Positions 45,864-54,672 of a stretch of 64,000 bases of DNA are shown here, one piece after another; the first letter of the stretch is position 1, and the number at the start of each line of letters is the position of its first letter. Origin of the DNA: Candidatus Omnitrophota bacterium (GTDB lineage: Bacteria; Omnitrophota; Gorgyraeia; Zapsychrales; Fredricksoniimonadaceae); NCBI GenBank assembly GCA_015232565.1, contig JADFZK010000001.1:13160-77159 (forward strand). The letters are read 5' to 3'. Both the position numbers and the translations under genes were made by a program. The notes below the pieces were generated by a model that searched no databases, had not been told where the DNA came from, and was given only the letters and a program-made list of their open reading frames with translations.

Positions 45864-46667
45864 TTGAATGATATCTTAACGTATGTTGCTTTTGGGAGCG
45901 AGGGTATGTCATTGAAGAAGATAAAGAAGATTGTATTAGTGGCTCATGATAATGAAGGGTCAGCTAGATTGTTTAATAGGGTTACGTCGAATTTTCCTGA
46001 TGTCGAGTTTCTACTGGTCATTGGAGAGTCTTTGTATTATAAGAAATCATTCTTGGCTTCTGTAATTAAGCTTTTGCGAGAGGCCAGCTGGCTTTTTGTA
46101 TTTGTTCGGTTTATTGAGCTCGTAAAGTACAAGATTATCGGTAAGACCCTGAAAAAAGAATGTTTGGATAAAGGCATTCGTTATATTTGTACCAGGGACA
46201 TTAATGCGCCGGAGGCGCTTGAAAGTATCCGGGCATATGCACCGGATCTTCTTATTTCGTTGTTCACTATGCAGATCTACAAGGCATCGGTTATTGGTAT
46301 CCCTCGGTACGGGGCGATTACGAGTCATCCGTCGATTTTGCCGAAATACAGGGGATTGGAAGTGTTTTTTTGGGTTTTGGCCAATGACGAGAAGGAGACT
46401 GGTGTCAGTGTTTTCTTTTTGAATGAAAAGATAGATGCCGGAAAGGTGTTTGAACAGGAGGTTGTTCCGATAACCGCAGGTACAACGGTCGCTTCTCTTT
46501 ATAAGACCATAACCGATATCGGCGGAGATTTATTGGTAAAAGCTGTGATAGATATCGATAACGACGAGGTTCACTATATTGGTTCCGAGGGAGAGGGGTC
46601 TTATTATCCTATGCCTGATAGAGCTTCGGTACGGCGTTTTCTTAGGCTCGGGCGTAAATTCTTCTAA
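45864..46667 (+). CDS. Formyltransferase (Fmt/PurN-type N-terminal catalytic domain)
   Basis: ITSHPSILPKYRGLEVFFWVLANDEKETGVSVFFLNEKIDAGKV matches the HxSLLPxxxG and SLYxxD-like motifs. An alternative start at 45906 gives MSLKKIKKIVLV. Confidence 0.8.
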   Translation: MNDILTYVAFGSEGMSLKKIKKIVLVAHDNEGSARLFNRVTSNFPDVEFLLVIGESLYYKKSFLASVIKLLREASWLFVFVRFIELVKYKIIGKTLKKECLDKGIRYICTRDINAPEALESIRAYAPDLLISLFTMQIYKASVIGIPRYGAITSHPSILPKYRGLEVFFWVLANDEKETGVSVFFLNEKIDAGKVFEQEVVPITAGTTVASLYKTITDIGGDLLVKAVIDIDNDEVHYIGSEGEGSYYPMPDRASVRRFLRLGRKFF

Positions 46668-46697
46668 GGATTTGAACTCAATGACGAGGGGCTTTTT

Positions 46698-47816
46698 ATG
46701 GCTGATGTGCTGGTTTATAAAGAATTTATTCCCTGGGCAAAGCCTAGTTACTGGGGAAAAGAGAAAGAGTACGCTTTAGAGGCGATTTCTTCTTCGTGGA
46801 TATCTGGTGGGCCCTTTGTGGACCGGCTGGAAAAAGACATTGCCAGATATTATGGTTGTGGTCGGGCTTTGACTTCATCCAATGGTACGGCGGCACTTCA
46901 CATGGCGTTTCTTTCGCTTGGGCTCGGACCGGGTGACGAAATCATTGTCCCCGGATTTGGTTTTATGGCGGCAGCTAATGTGGGTTCCTTGATGGGGATA
47001 AAGCCTGTTTTTGCCGAGGTCGATCCGGACACATGGTGTATGCGAGCGGAAGATGTCGAGCCTTGCGTGACCGAGCGTACTAAGGCGATCGTGCCGATAC
47101 ATAATTATGGCAATGTGTGTCCGATGGATACGATCATGGCCTTTGCTTCTCGAAAGGGTATTGCCGTTGTAGAAGATGCGGCAGAATCTTTCGCTTCCCG
47201 TTATGACGGCAAGCTGTCCGGCACTTTTGGGACTATTGGTACGTTCAGTTTTCACGCGACAAAGACAATTACCACGGGTGAAGGAGGCATGGCTATTACG
47301 GATCGCCAGGATCTTGGGGATCTGATGGCGCTATATCGGAGTCATGGGTTGCTGAGGAAACGTCATTACTGGCATGAAATTACGGGACATAATTTCAGGC
47401 TAACCAATATGCAGGCGGCACTCGGGTGCGCGCAGATGGAGAGACTGGAAGAGATCATTCGTGAACGCAAGAGGATCCATCTGGCGTATGCGGGCCATCT
47501 TGGTTCTTTTGACGGAGTGTCAATGCAGGTTTTTACGCCTAAGGTTGATCCTGTGCTTTGGGCCACAGCGGTGAAGATTGATTCTGTGGCATATCCTCAG
47601 GGCAGAGATATTGTACTCCAGCAGATGCTTGCGGCAAATATTGAAACCCGGCCCGGTTTTTATACGGCTTTTGGTATGAAGCATCTTCATCAAAGCGGGC
47701 GACTGCCCGTGTGCGAAGCGTTAAGCGGCCAGATCATCAGTTTGCCGACTTTTCCGACATTGAGTGATGAACAGATCGATTTTATTTGCACAAAGTTGAA
47801 AGGTCTCCGCAGATAA
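46698..47816 (+). CDS. DegT/DnrJ/EryC1/StrS family aminotransferase (second)
   Basis: SSNGTAALHMAF, SFHATKTITTGEGGM. Confidence 0.9.
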   Translation: MADVLVYKEFIPWAKPSYWGKEKEYALEAISSSWISGGPFVDRLEKDIARYYGCGRALTSSNGTAALHMAFLSLGLGPGDEIIVPGFGFMAAANVGSLMGIKPVFAEVDPDTWCMRAEDVEPCVTERTKAIVPIHNYGNVCPMDTIMAFASRKGIAVVEDAAESFASRYDGKLSGTFGTIGTFSFHATKTITTGEGGMAITDRQDLGDLMALYRSHGLLRKRHYWHEITGHNFRLTNMQAALGCAQMERLEEIIRERKRIHLAYAGHLGSFDGVSMQVFTPKVDPVLWATAVKIDSVAYPQGRDIVLQQMLAANIETRPGFYTAFGMKHLHQSGRLPVCEALSGQIISLPTFPTLSDEQIDFICTKLKGLRR

Positions 47817-48625
47817 TGATAAAGGTAAGGAATAATGACGATTTGTTATTGGCATATATGGGTATGGCACCGCTTGCGCTTGCTTTTGAAAGATATTTGG
47901 AGTGTCAGATATACCGGGATCTTGAGCTGGCTGATCCGGTGCTTGATATCGGTTGTGGTGACGGCTTGTTCGCGCATATTCTTTTTGATGGGCAGGTTGA
48001 TACCGGCATAGACTTGAATCCGCATGAATTGGAACGGGCGCGTGTGTTGGGCGGGTATAAAGAGCTGATTACTTGCAGTGCGGGTGCGATCCCGAAACCG
48101 GATGGATCATACCGGACGATTATTTCTAACAGCGTGCTGGAACACATACCTGATCTTTCTTCTGTGCTTAAAGAGGCGCATCGTCTTCTTGTGCCGGGTG
48201 GAAGATTTTATGTGACTGTGCCTGCTCCCGAGTTCGAGGAGTATACTATCGGGAATATTGTTCTTACCGGGATTGGGTTGCGAGGGGTGGCGGCTGGGTA
48301 CAAAGCCTTCTGTAGCCGTGTGCTTTGGCGACAGATTCACTATAAGTCGGTTGAGGGCTGGAAGGCTCTTGCGATGGCGCATGGTTTTGAAGTGCTGGAT
48401 GGATTTGCCTATGATTCTCGGCAGGTTTGTCTTTTGAATGATTTTCTGTATCCCTTTAGCATTCTGGATGTGATCAAGAAGCGGTTGTTGAACCGCTGGA
48501 CACTAATGCCGACTTTTCGACGTTTCTGGATGTATCCATTTTATCTTTTTGCAAAGAATTTCTTAAAAGGCAATGTCCGGGCAGATTCTGGAGGTTTGGT
48601 TTTTCTTTCATTAAGGAAGGGGTAG
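47816..48625 (+). CDS. Class I SAM-dependent methyltransferase
   Basis: VLDIGCGDGLF, and ISNSVLEHIPD. TAATG overlap with the upstream gene. Confidence 0.8.
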   Translation: MIKVRNNDDLLLAYMGMAPLALAFERYLECQIYRDLELADPVLDIGCGDGLFAHILFDGQVDTGIDLNPHELERARVLGGYKELITCSAGAIPKPDGSYRTIISNSVLEHIPDLSSVLKEAHRLLVPGGRFYVTVPAPEFEEYTIGNIVLTGIGLRGVAAGYKAFCSRVLWRQIHYKSVEGWKALAMAHGFEVLDGFAYDSRQVCLLNDFLYPFSILDVIKKRLLNRWTLMPTFRRFWMYPFYLFAKNFLKGNVRADSGGLVFLSLRKG

Positions 48626-48630
48626 TGCAT

Positions 48631-49356
48631 ATGAAAGTATCCATCATTCTTCCCACCTATAACGAGGCAGGCAATATTGTTGCGCTGATCCGCGAGATTG
48701 TGCTTAATATCCCCCGGGAATGGGCACACGAGATTATTGTGGTTGATGACAATAGCCCCGACGGAACGTATCAGATGGTTCGGGATGCTTTCAGCGGGGA
48801 TCCTGCTGTTGTTGCTCTTTTGCGTACCATGGATCGGGGCTTTGCACGGTCGATTCGTGCCGGGATCGATGCGGCTCAGGGAGATCAGATCATCGTTATG
48901 GATACGGATTTTACTCATGATCCTGTTGAGATCCCCCGGTTGCTTCATGTTGGCGTGGTTTATGATATCGTCAGTGCTTCGCGGTTTTGTTCTGGTGGCA
49001 ATATGCAGGATGTGCAGCATTATATAGCCAGTATGTTGTATAATTGGGTTCTTCGGATCCTGCTACGTACCCAGGTTCAGGACAATCTGGGCGGGTACTT
49101 TACGATGAGGAGAGAAAAGCTGATGCAGCTTCCGCTTAACGATATATTTTTCGGATATGGAGAATACTTCTTTAGGCTGGTACGCTTTGCTAAATGCCAG
49201 GGTATGACTATTGTCGAGGTTCCCGCACTCTACAGGACCCGTCATGCCGGCAAGAGCAAGTCTAACTTTCTAAAAATGCTTTTTACCTATGGCATGGCAG
49301 CGCTCAGGTTGCGGCGCAGTTGCGCTCTAAGAAAAGAGAAGACGAATGGCTGGTGA
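48631..49356 (+). CDS. GT2 glycosyltransferase, dolichyl/polyprenyl-phosphate mannose synthase-like
   Basis: VSIILPTYNEAGNI, VVDDNSPDGT and DTDFTHDP. GGAAGGGG ribosome-binding site. Confidence 0.85.
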   Translation: MKVSIILPTYNEAGNIVALIREIVLNIPREWAHEIIVVDDNSPDGTYQMVRDAFSGDPAVVALLRTMDRGFARSIRAGIDAAQGDQIIVMDTDFTHDPVEIPRLLHVGVVYDIVSASRFCSGGNMQDVQHYIASMLYNWVLRILLRTQVQDNLGGYFTMRREKLMQLPLNDIFFGYGEYFFRLVRFAKCQGMTIVEVPALYRTRHAGKSKSNFLKMLFTYGMAALRLRRSCALRKEKTNGW

Positions 49357-51076
49357 CATTTATTGGGGTTTTGTTGCAGTCGTTTCGGCCACTGTGGGAT
49401 TGCTTACTGTTCTGCCTGAGATCTATGCGTGGTTAAAGGCGCCCTCAAGGTGGACGCCTGTCAATTCACCACCTTATATGCTCGGTGACGACTATCATTA
49501 TTTCGCACAATTGAATGATATTCACCGGAAATGCCTTAACTTCTTCTATGGAACCCGTCTTTCTACGCGCCCGCTTACGGCGCTCTTCGGTTTTCAGTTG
49601 GCAGGATATTTCTTTAATCTGCTTCCGTATCATATTGGCTTTCTACTTGGAGACAGGCGTCTGGGTGTGTTGGTAGTTAGGGTGTGGAATCGTTCATTGC
49701 TGGGGCTTGCTACAGCAGTGTTTGCAAAGGGGTTCTTTTTGTTGATCGGCGTTACGCCAACGACAGGGTTACTTATTCTGGTTTTCTTGGTGTTTTTTAT
49801 TTTCTTTCCGGGGCCTTTTGAGCTTGGAGGGGCGGATAGTATCGTGATGCAAATGGAGAATTCTCGGCATATCTATGACCGCTCGAACGCCAATGATCTT
49901 ACCAGAGGGATGTTCTCGGAGACCACTGCGCCACTACTGTTAAGTGCCTGCGCTGTCTTGACACTTGTGATTGATGTGCGGCATGGGATGGTGGTAGGGA
50001 TCTTGGGGCTTTTTTGTCTTGCAGTGCTTTTCTTTCATTATTTTCCAGCCGCGGTGGTTTTTGCTTGGTTGTTATTTCTCATCTTTCTTGTGAAGCATTA
50101 TTTCTTGTTAGCCTTTGCCTGTGGCTTGCTGACCATAGGGCTTTCCTGTTTTTCTATGCATATGTTGTCCCGTAGCGATATTGGCAAGGAGCTTTTTGTG
50201 CAGAATGCCGGTACCGCAATATTCTCTTTTCGAAGAAGTTCGTTTATTGGGGTGGCATTTACTTTGTGCTTGGCGCTTCTTCTAGTGTTTTCTCTTCCGG
50301 TTACACCACAGACAAGCGTGCTTGTGCTTTATCTTGGATCCGTGTTTTTCCTGGCCGGGCTTTTCTTTGTGAAACATCAGGCGATCCGCTTTTGGAGCCG
50401 GGGTGCAGTGATCCCTTTTGAGGTTATGTCCACGGTAGTCCTTGCTACTATTGCGCTTCCTTTATTAACCGAAGGCTTTATCTCTGTATTCATCTTGGTG
50501 TGTTTTGGTATCCTTGTTCGTTATTATTACCGACAGGCGTTTTTCCTTTATCATGTTGGAGCCACGTTATTGGCCGACGGCATTGAGTTTGATCGTGACA
50601 TTTGTCCTCGTGACGCGGGCAGGTTTCCGGCACGCAGCCGGCTAGTTGCGACTAATTCAACGGCATTGGCGGACTGTATTTGTGTTTTCAGTGCGGATGA
50701 GACGTACTTGAGAAACTATTCGATACAGTCTGTGGGTTATCGGGGGCAGGTAAGGTTCTTTTGTGCGAATTTCAAGGTGCTGGGTATTAGTTTTGCTGAA
50801 TGTGAGAGGTGGCTGGCGATGTCTGTAGAGTATAAGGATTGGCTGTTCGCTCGGCCGTTTCAGAAGCAGACGCCATTCGCGGAGCTCTGTTATGCCCATA
50901 CGCTTCAATATATGGTCAGCAACAGGGAGTATAATCAAGCGTTGTTGAGAGATGGAATGCATGACGGGACTGGATGGACACCGAAGTACAGGGACTTTTT
51001 GCGGGAGACGTGGGGAACGGTGGATCTTTCCATGATGGGCGATGTTGTCGGGGTAGTGGTAGAGCGCCCGTATTGA
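49346..51076 (+). CDS. Polytopic membrane protein of unknown function (Wzy-type polymerase or GT-C-like candidate)
   Basis: 576 aa with more than 12 hydrophobic helices. Its start overlaps the upstream gene by 11 nt. Confidence 0.7.
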   Translation: MAGDIYWGFVAVVSATVGLLTVLPEIYAWLKAPSRWTPVNSPPYMLGDDYHYFAQLNDIHRKCLNFFYGTRLSTRPLTALFGFQLAGYFFNLLPYHIGFLLGDRRLGVLVVRVWNRSLLGLATAVFAKGFFLLIGVTPTTGLLILVFLVFFIFFPGPFELGGADSIVMQMENSRHIYDRSNANDLTRGMFSETTAPLLLSACAVLTLVIDVRHGMVVGILGLFCLAVLFFHYFPAAVVFAWLLFLIFLVKHYFLLAFACGLLTIGLSCFSMHMLSRSDIGKELFVQNAGTAIFSFRRSSFIGVAFTLCLALLLVFSLPVTPQTSVLVLYLGSVFFLAGLFFVKHQAIRFWSRGAVIPFEVMSTVVLATIALPLLTEGFISVFILVCFGILVRYYYRQAFFLYHVGATLLADGIEFDRDICPRDAGRFPARSRLVATNSTALADCICVFSADETYLRNYSIQSVGYRGQVRFFCANFKVLGISFAECERWLAMSVEYKDWLFARPFQKQTPFAELCYAHTLQYMVSNREYNQALLRDGMHDGTGWTPKYRDFLRETWGTVDLSMMGDVVGVVVERPY

Positions 51077-51128
51077 TGTTTAAGGAAGAGCGTGTGGCTG
51101 ACGAGTTGTCGTCTTTTGGTTTGATGGC

Positions 51129-52646
51129 ATGATGAGAAAGAAGATCATTAAAGATACGTTATTTCTTAACATGGCCATGCTTTTGTGTCAGGGCATGGGA
51201 ATTGTTCAGACCGTGCTTATTATGCGGTTTCTGGATCCGTATTACTACGGGATATGGATGGCACTTAACATTGTTCTTATGTATGCTGATTATTTTCATC
51301 TCGGCGTAGGGTACGGTTTTCCTATAAGGCTAACTTATTATCAGGGGCAGGGCAAGCCTGACGAGGCGGCCAAGATCGCGGATAGTGGATACTTCTCTTG
51401 GAGTTTGTTGACGATCATATGTGCTTTGGGAGTGCTGATTTACGGGGTTAGCGCACCGGGATTGCCGGGATTTAGCAGGGTGGGGCTTGCTATCATTGCG
51501 ATTATTACTATCGCAGAACAGCAGATCTTTTTCTTCCTTCGTTGGCAGGCAGCAGCTTGTAAGGACTTTAAGATCTGCAGTGTTTTATTTGTTGCACGGG
51601 GTGTGTTTAGTTTCATTGTGCTGGTGCCTTGTTCGTTCTTTTTTAACGTCGCAGGGCTCATGGGAGCAACCATGATGGTTGCTATTGTTTTTGCATTGGT
51701 TTGGCGGGTTAAGACATCTTACCGTTTTCAGGGCCGGGTTAATTTTGTTAGTATTGTTGAAATGATAAAAGTTGGTTTTCCGACCATGCTTGTTTGTCTT
51801 GCGGGAAAATTGATCGAAACGGTTGACCGTATTCTGATAGTCTTTTTTCTTGGCTCTGTTAGTCTCGGGTGTTACGCTGTGACAGCAATTGGAGGAAATG
51901 CCTTGTATGGCTTGGTCGCACAGGCCGGGACTGCTATGGCACCTCATATTGTGGAGCACTTCGCGCTTAATAACGATTCCCCCGTATCATTAAAGAAGTT
52001 TCTTGTTGGTCCAACAATAGTGTTTGCGTATGTAATGAGTGCTCTTCTGATGGTTGTGGCGATATTGATTCCGCTACTCGTGATTACTTTATTGCCGAAA
52101 TATGTTCCGGGGATTAGCGCTTTCTATTGTTTCTTGCCAGGGTTCTTTTTTCTTGGCGTCATCCTTACAGCGAACAATATTTTGAACTATATCCTTATTT
52201 CCAAAGGCCACCAGATGTGGTTGGCATATTTTCAGGTAGTTCCAATTTTTGTTCAGATCGGGCTAGGGTTTTTGTTTATAAAGATTGGTTGGGGTATAGC
52301 TGGCGTCGCTTTAGCATCAACTTTATCATATGCGTTGTATGGAGGTGGGCTCTTATGGTGGACTAGTAGACATGTATTGCCTGATCGGCAGGAAAGAAGA
52401 CGATTTATGGGGGATGTGGTCTTGCCGTTTATTTATGTATTGCCTGTGGCGTGGTTAATAATTCTTTTCGGGCAAAAGTTTTTTCCCTATGATTTGATTC
52501 TAAGGGGCGTTGTTCAACTTCTGGCATGTGTTGTTTCGTTTGTTCCGTTTGTTTTCTTTCTTAATCTAAGAACAGGGATCTTTATTGACGCCAAAAATAT
52601 TATTGGTTCGGTTATTCGCCGATTCCAGGGATCTCCCGAGATGTAA
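51129..52646 (+). CDS. wzx: MOP-superfamily oligosaccharide flippase (Wzx-like polysaccharide biosynthesis protein)
   Basis: 505 aa with 12 or more transmembrane helices, and the N-terminal LFLNMAMLLCQGMGIVQTVLIMRFL motif typical of Wzx/PST proteins. Confidence 0.8.
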   Translation: MMRKKIIKDTLFLNMAMLLCQGMGIVQTVLIMRFLDPYYYGIWMALNIVLMYADYFHLGVGYGFPIRLTYYQGQGKPDEAAKIADSGYFSWSLLTIICALGVLIYGVSAPGLPGFSRVGLAIIAIITIAEQQIFFFLRWQAAACKDFKICSVLFVARGVFSFIVLVPCSFFFNVAGLMGATMMVAIVFALVWRVKTSYRFQGRVNFVSIVEMIKVGFPTMLVCLAGKLIETVDRILIVFFLGSVSLGCYAVTAIGGNALYGLVAQAGTAMAPHIVEHFALNNDSPVSLKKFLVGPTIVFAYVMSALLMVVAILIPLLVITLLPKYVPGISAFYCFLPGFFFLGVILTANNILNYILISKGHQMWLAYFQVVPIFVQIGLGFLFIKIGWGIAGVALASTLSYALYGGGLLWWTSRHVLPDRQERRRFMGDVVLPFIYVLPVAWLIILFGQKFFPYDLILRGVVQLLACVVSFVPFVFFLNLRTGIFIDAKNIIGSVIRRFQGSPEM

Positions 52647-52687
52647 TAGACGGGTTAAATGGTAAACATGTTTGTGTTGAGAAAGGC

Positions 52688-53704
52688 ATGATGAAGACAG
52701 CCATTATAGGCGCCGGTCGCATGGGACGGCGTCATATGCAGGTGGTTCGTGAAATGGGGCTGGAGTTGGCCGGGATTTGTGATGTGAGTCAGCAGGCGCT
52801 GGCGCTGGCGGCGGCCGAGCATCAGGTTCCATCGGAAAGGCAATTCTCCGATGCTAGAGTGTTGTTTAACCGTACGCGGCCAGAATGCGTGGTGATTGCC
52901 ACGACAGCTCCGTCACATTGTGAATATACGTGTCTGGCCGCTGAGAGCGGTGCAAAATACATCTTGTGCGAGAAGCCTATGGCGGTGTCCCTTGAGGAGT
53001 GCAATCGCATGATTGCTGTTTGTGAACGCGCAGGTGCGTTGTTGGCGATAAATCATCCAATGCGGTTTATGGAGCAGTACACTGTGGTCAAAAAGATCGT
53101 GGATTCTGCTGAGTTCGGAGGATTGGCAAGTACGACAGTTATTGCAGGTAATGTGGGAATCGCTATGAATGCTAGCCACTATTTTGAAATGTTCCGTTTT
53201 ATGACCGGTGAGCCCGTTCGGGAGCTCACGGCGTGGTTTGCAAAGGCGGTTGTGCCCAATCCCCGAGGGCCTCAGTTCGAGGACAGGGCGGGAGAAGTGC
53301 GGGCGGTTACGGCTTCCGGAAAGCGGCTCTATTTTGAAGCTGGGGATGATCAGGGCCATGGCGTGCAGGTAGTTTATGCTGGAAGGCAGGGTTTGCTTTT
53401 TGTTGACGAACTTACCGGGTTTGCCAGGCTTCAGGTACGGGAAGAGGTTCATCGGACCATGCCGACTACCAGGTATGGCATGCCTTGGGTCGAGCGCGTG
53501 ATTAGTATTCAGCCGGCATCTGTAATCGGACCCACACAAGCTTTACTGGCGGCATTGTTTTCTGCGCGGGGTTATACCACTGGTGCGCAAGGCCGTGCCG
53601 TGGTGGAGGCATTGGTTGCGGCGTATGTATCGCATGAGAATGGGCATATGGCGGTAGAGGTTAACAGTAGTTTACCGCAGGGCAGGGTATTCCCCTGGGC
53701 GTGA
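52688..53704 (+). CDS. Gfo/Idh/MocA family oxidoreductase
   Basis: KTAIIGAGRMGRRH, with EKP. Confidence 0.85.
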   Translation: MMKTAIIGAGRMGRRHMQVVREMGLELAGICDVSQQALALAAAEHQVPSERQFSDARVLFNRTRPECVVIATTAPSHCEYTCLAAESGAKYILCEKPMAVSLEECNRMIAVCERAGALLAINHPMRFMEQYTVVKKIVDSAEFGGLASTTVIAGNVGIAMNASHYFEMFRFMTGEPVRELTAWFAKAVVPNPRGPQFEDRAGEVRAVTASGKRLYFEAGDDQGHGVQVVYAGRQGLLFVDELTGFARLQVREEVHRTMPTTRYGMPWVERVISIQPASVIGPTQALLAALFSARGYTTGAQGRAVVEALVAAYVSHENGHMAVEVNSSLPQGRVFPWA

Positions 53705-53715
53705 AAAGGGTATCT

Positions 53716-54672
53716 ATGGCACAGTTCAATGAGTTCAGGGTTGTCATTATTGGTGCTGGATATACAGCGCGTGAACATATTCGTGCGTTTGCGGACCTTC
53801 CGGGAGTTTGTATTGTCGGAATCCATAGTCGTACTCGCAGCAAGGCGGAGGCTTTGGCAAAGGAATTTGGCATTGCTTTGGTATGTGATTCGATCGTTGA
53901 TCTTTATGTAATGACTCGGGCTGACCTTGTTGTTGTGACGGTTTCCGAATTGTCCATGCGTGACGTCAGTACGGCCTGTTTTGAATTCCCATGGGCTGTA
54001 CTGCTTGAGAAGCCGGCGGGATATGATTGTGCGGATGCGCGCCTGATTAAGACGGCTGCGGAAAAGAAAGAGCGGAAAGTCTTTGTGGCGCTTAATCGCC
54101 GGTTTTATGGGGGCATTTGTGCGGCGAAGGCCAGCCTGAAGGAGATTGGCTCGCCGCGTTTTATTAAAGTTCAGGATCAGGAGGATATGAGTGCTGCATT
54201 GGCCCTGGGTATTCCGTTAAAGGTTGTGAAGAACTGGATGTATGCCAACTCGATCCACATGATTGATCTGTTAAGGGTGTTTGGTCGAGGCAAGATCGTT
54301 GCAGTTGAACCGGTTATCCCATGGAACGCCGGCAATCCTGGTGTGGTTATGGCCAAGATTGTATTTGATAGCGGGGATATCGGCATATACGAAGGTATTT
54401 GGGACGGCCCCGGCCCTTGGTCGGTTGTTGTCAATACGCCTCTTAAGCGCTGGGAACTTCGGCCTGTTGAGCAGGCTGGGTTTCAGAATCGGGGTGAGCG
54501 CAGGCTTCAGCCCGTGGAGCTTCATTCCTGGGACCAGGCTTTCAAACCCGGGTTTCGTCTTCAGGCTGAGCAGGTGGTGTTTGCCGTCCTTGGCCGACCT
54601 TCGGAAGCGGTCTCCCTGGCCGAGGCCTTTGGGACAATGGAATTAATTGAGGCGATTTTTGAGAAATCATGA
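53716..54672 (+). CDS. Gfo/Idh/MocA-like oxidoreductase
   Basis: FRVVIIGAGYTAREH...LLEKP. AAAGGG ribosome-binding site before the ATG at 53716. The GTG at 53701 is an alternative start. Confidence 0.8.
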   Translation: MAQFNEFRVVIIGAGYTAREHIRAFADLPGVCIVGIHSRTRSKAEALAKEFGIALVCDSIVDLYVMTRADLVVVTVSELSMRDVSTACFEFPWAVLLEKPAGYDCADARLIKTAAEKKERKVFVALNRRFYGGICAAKASLKEIGSPRFIKVQDQEDMSAALALGIPLKVVKNWMYANSIHMIDLLRVFGRGKIVAVEPVIPWNAGNPGVVMAKIVFDSGDIGIYEGIWDGPGPWSVVVNTPLKRWELRPVEQAGFQNRGERRLQPVELHSWDQAFKPGFRLQAEQVVFAVLGRPSEAVSLAEAFGTMELIEAIFEKS

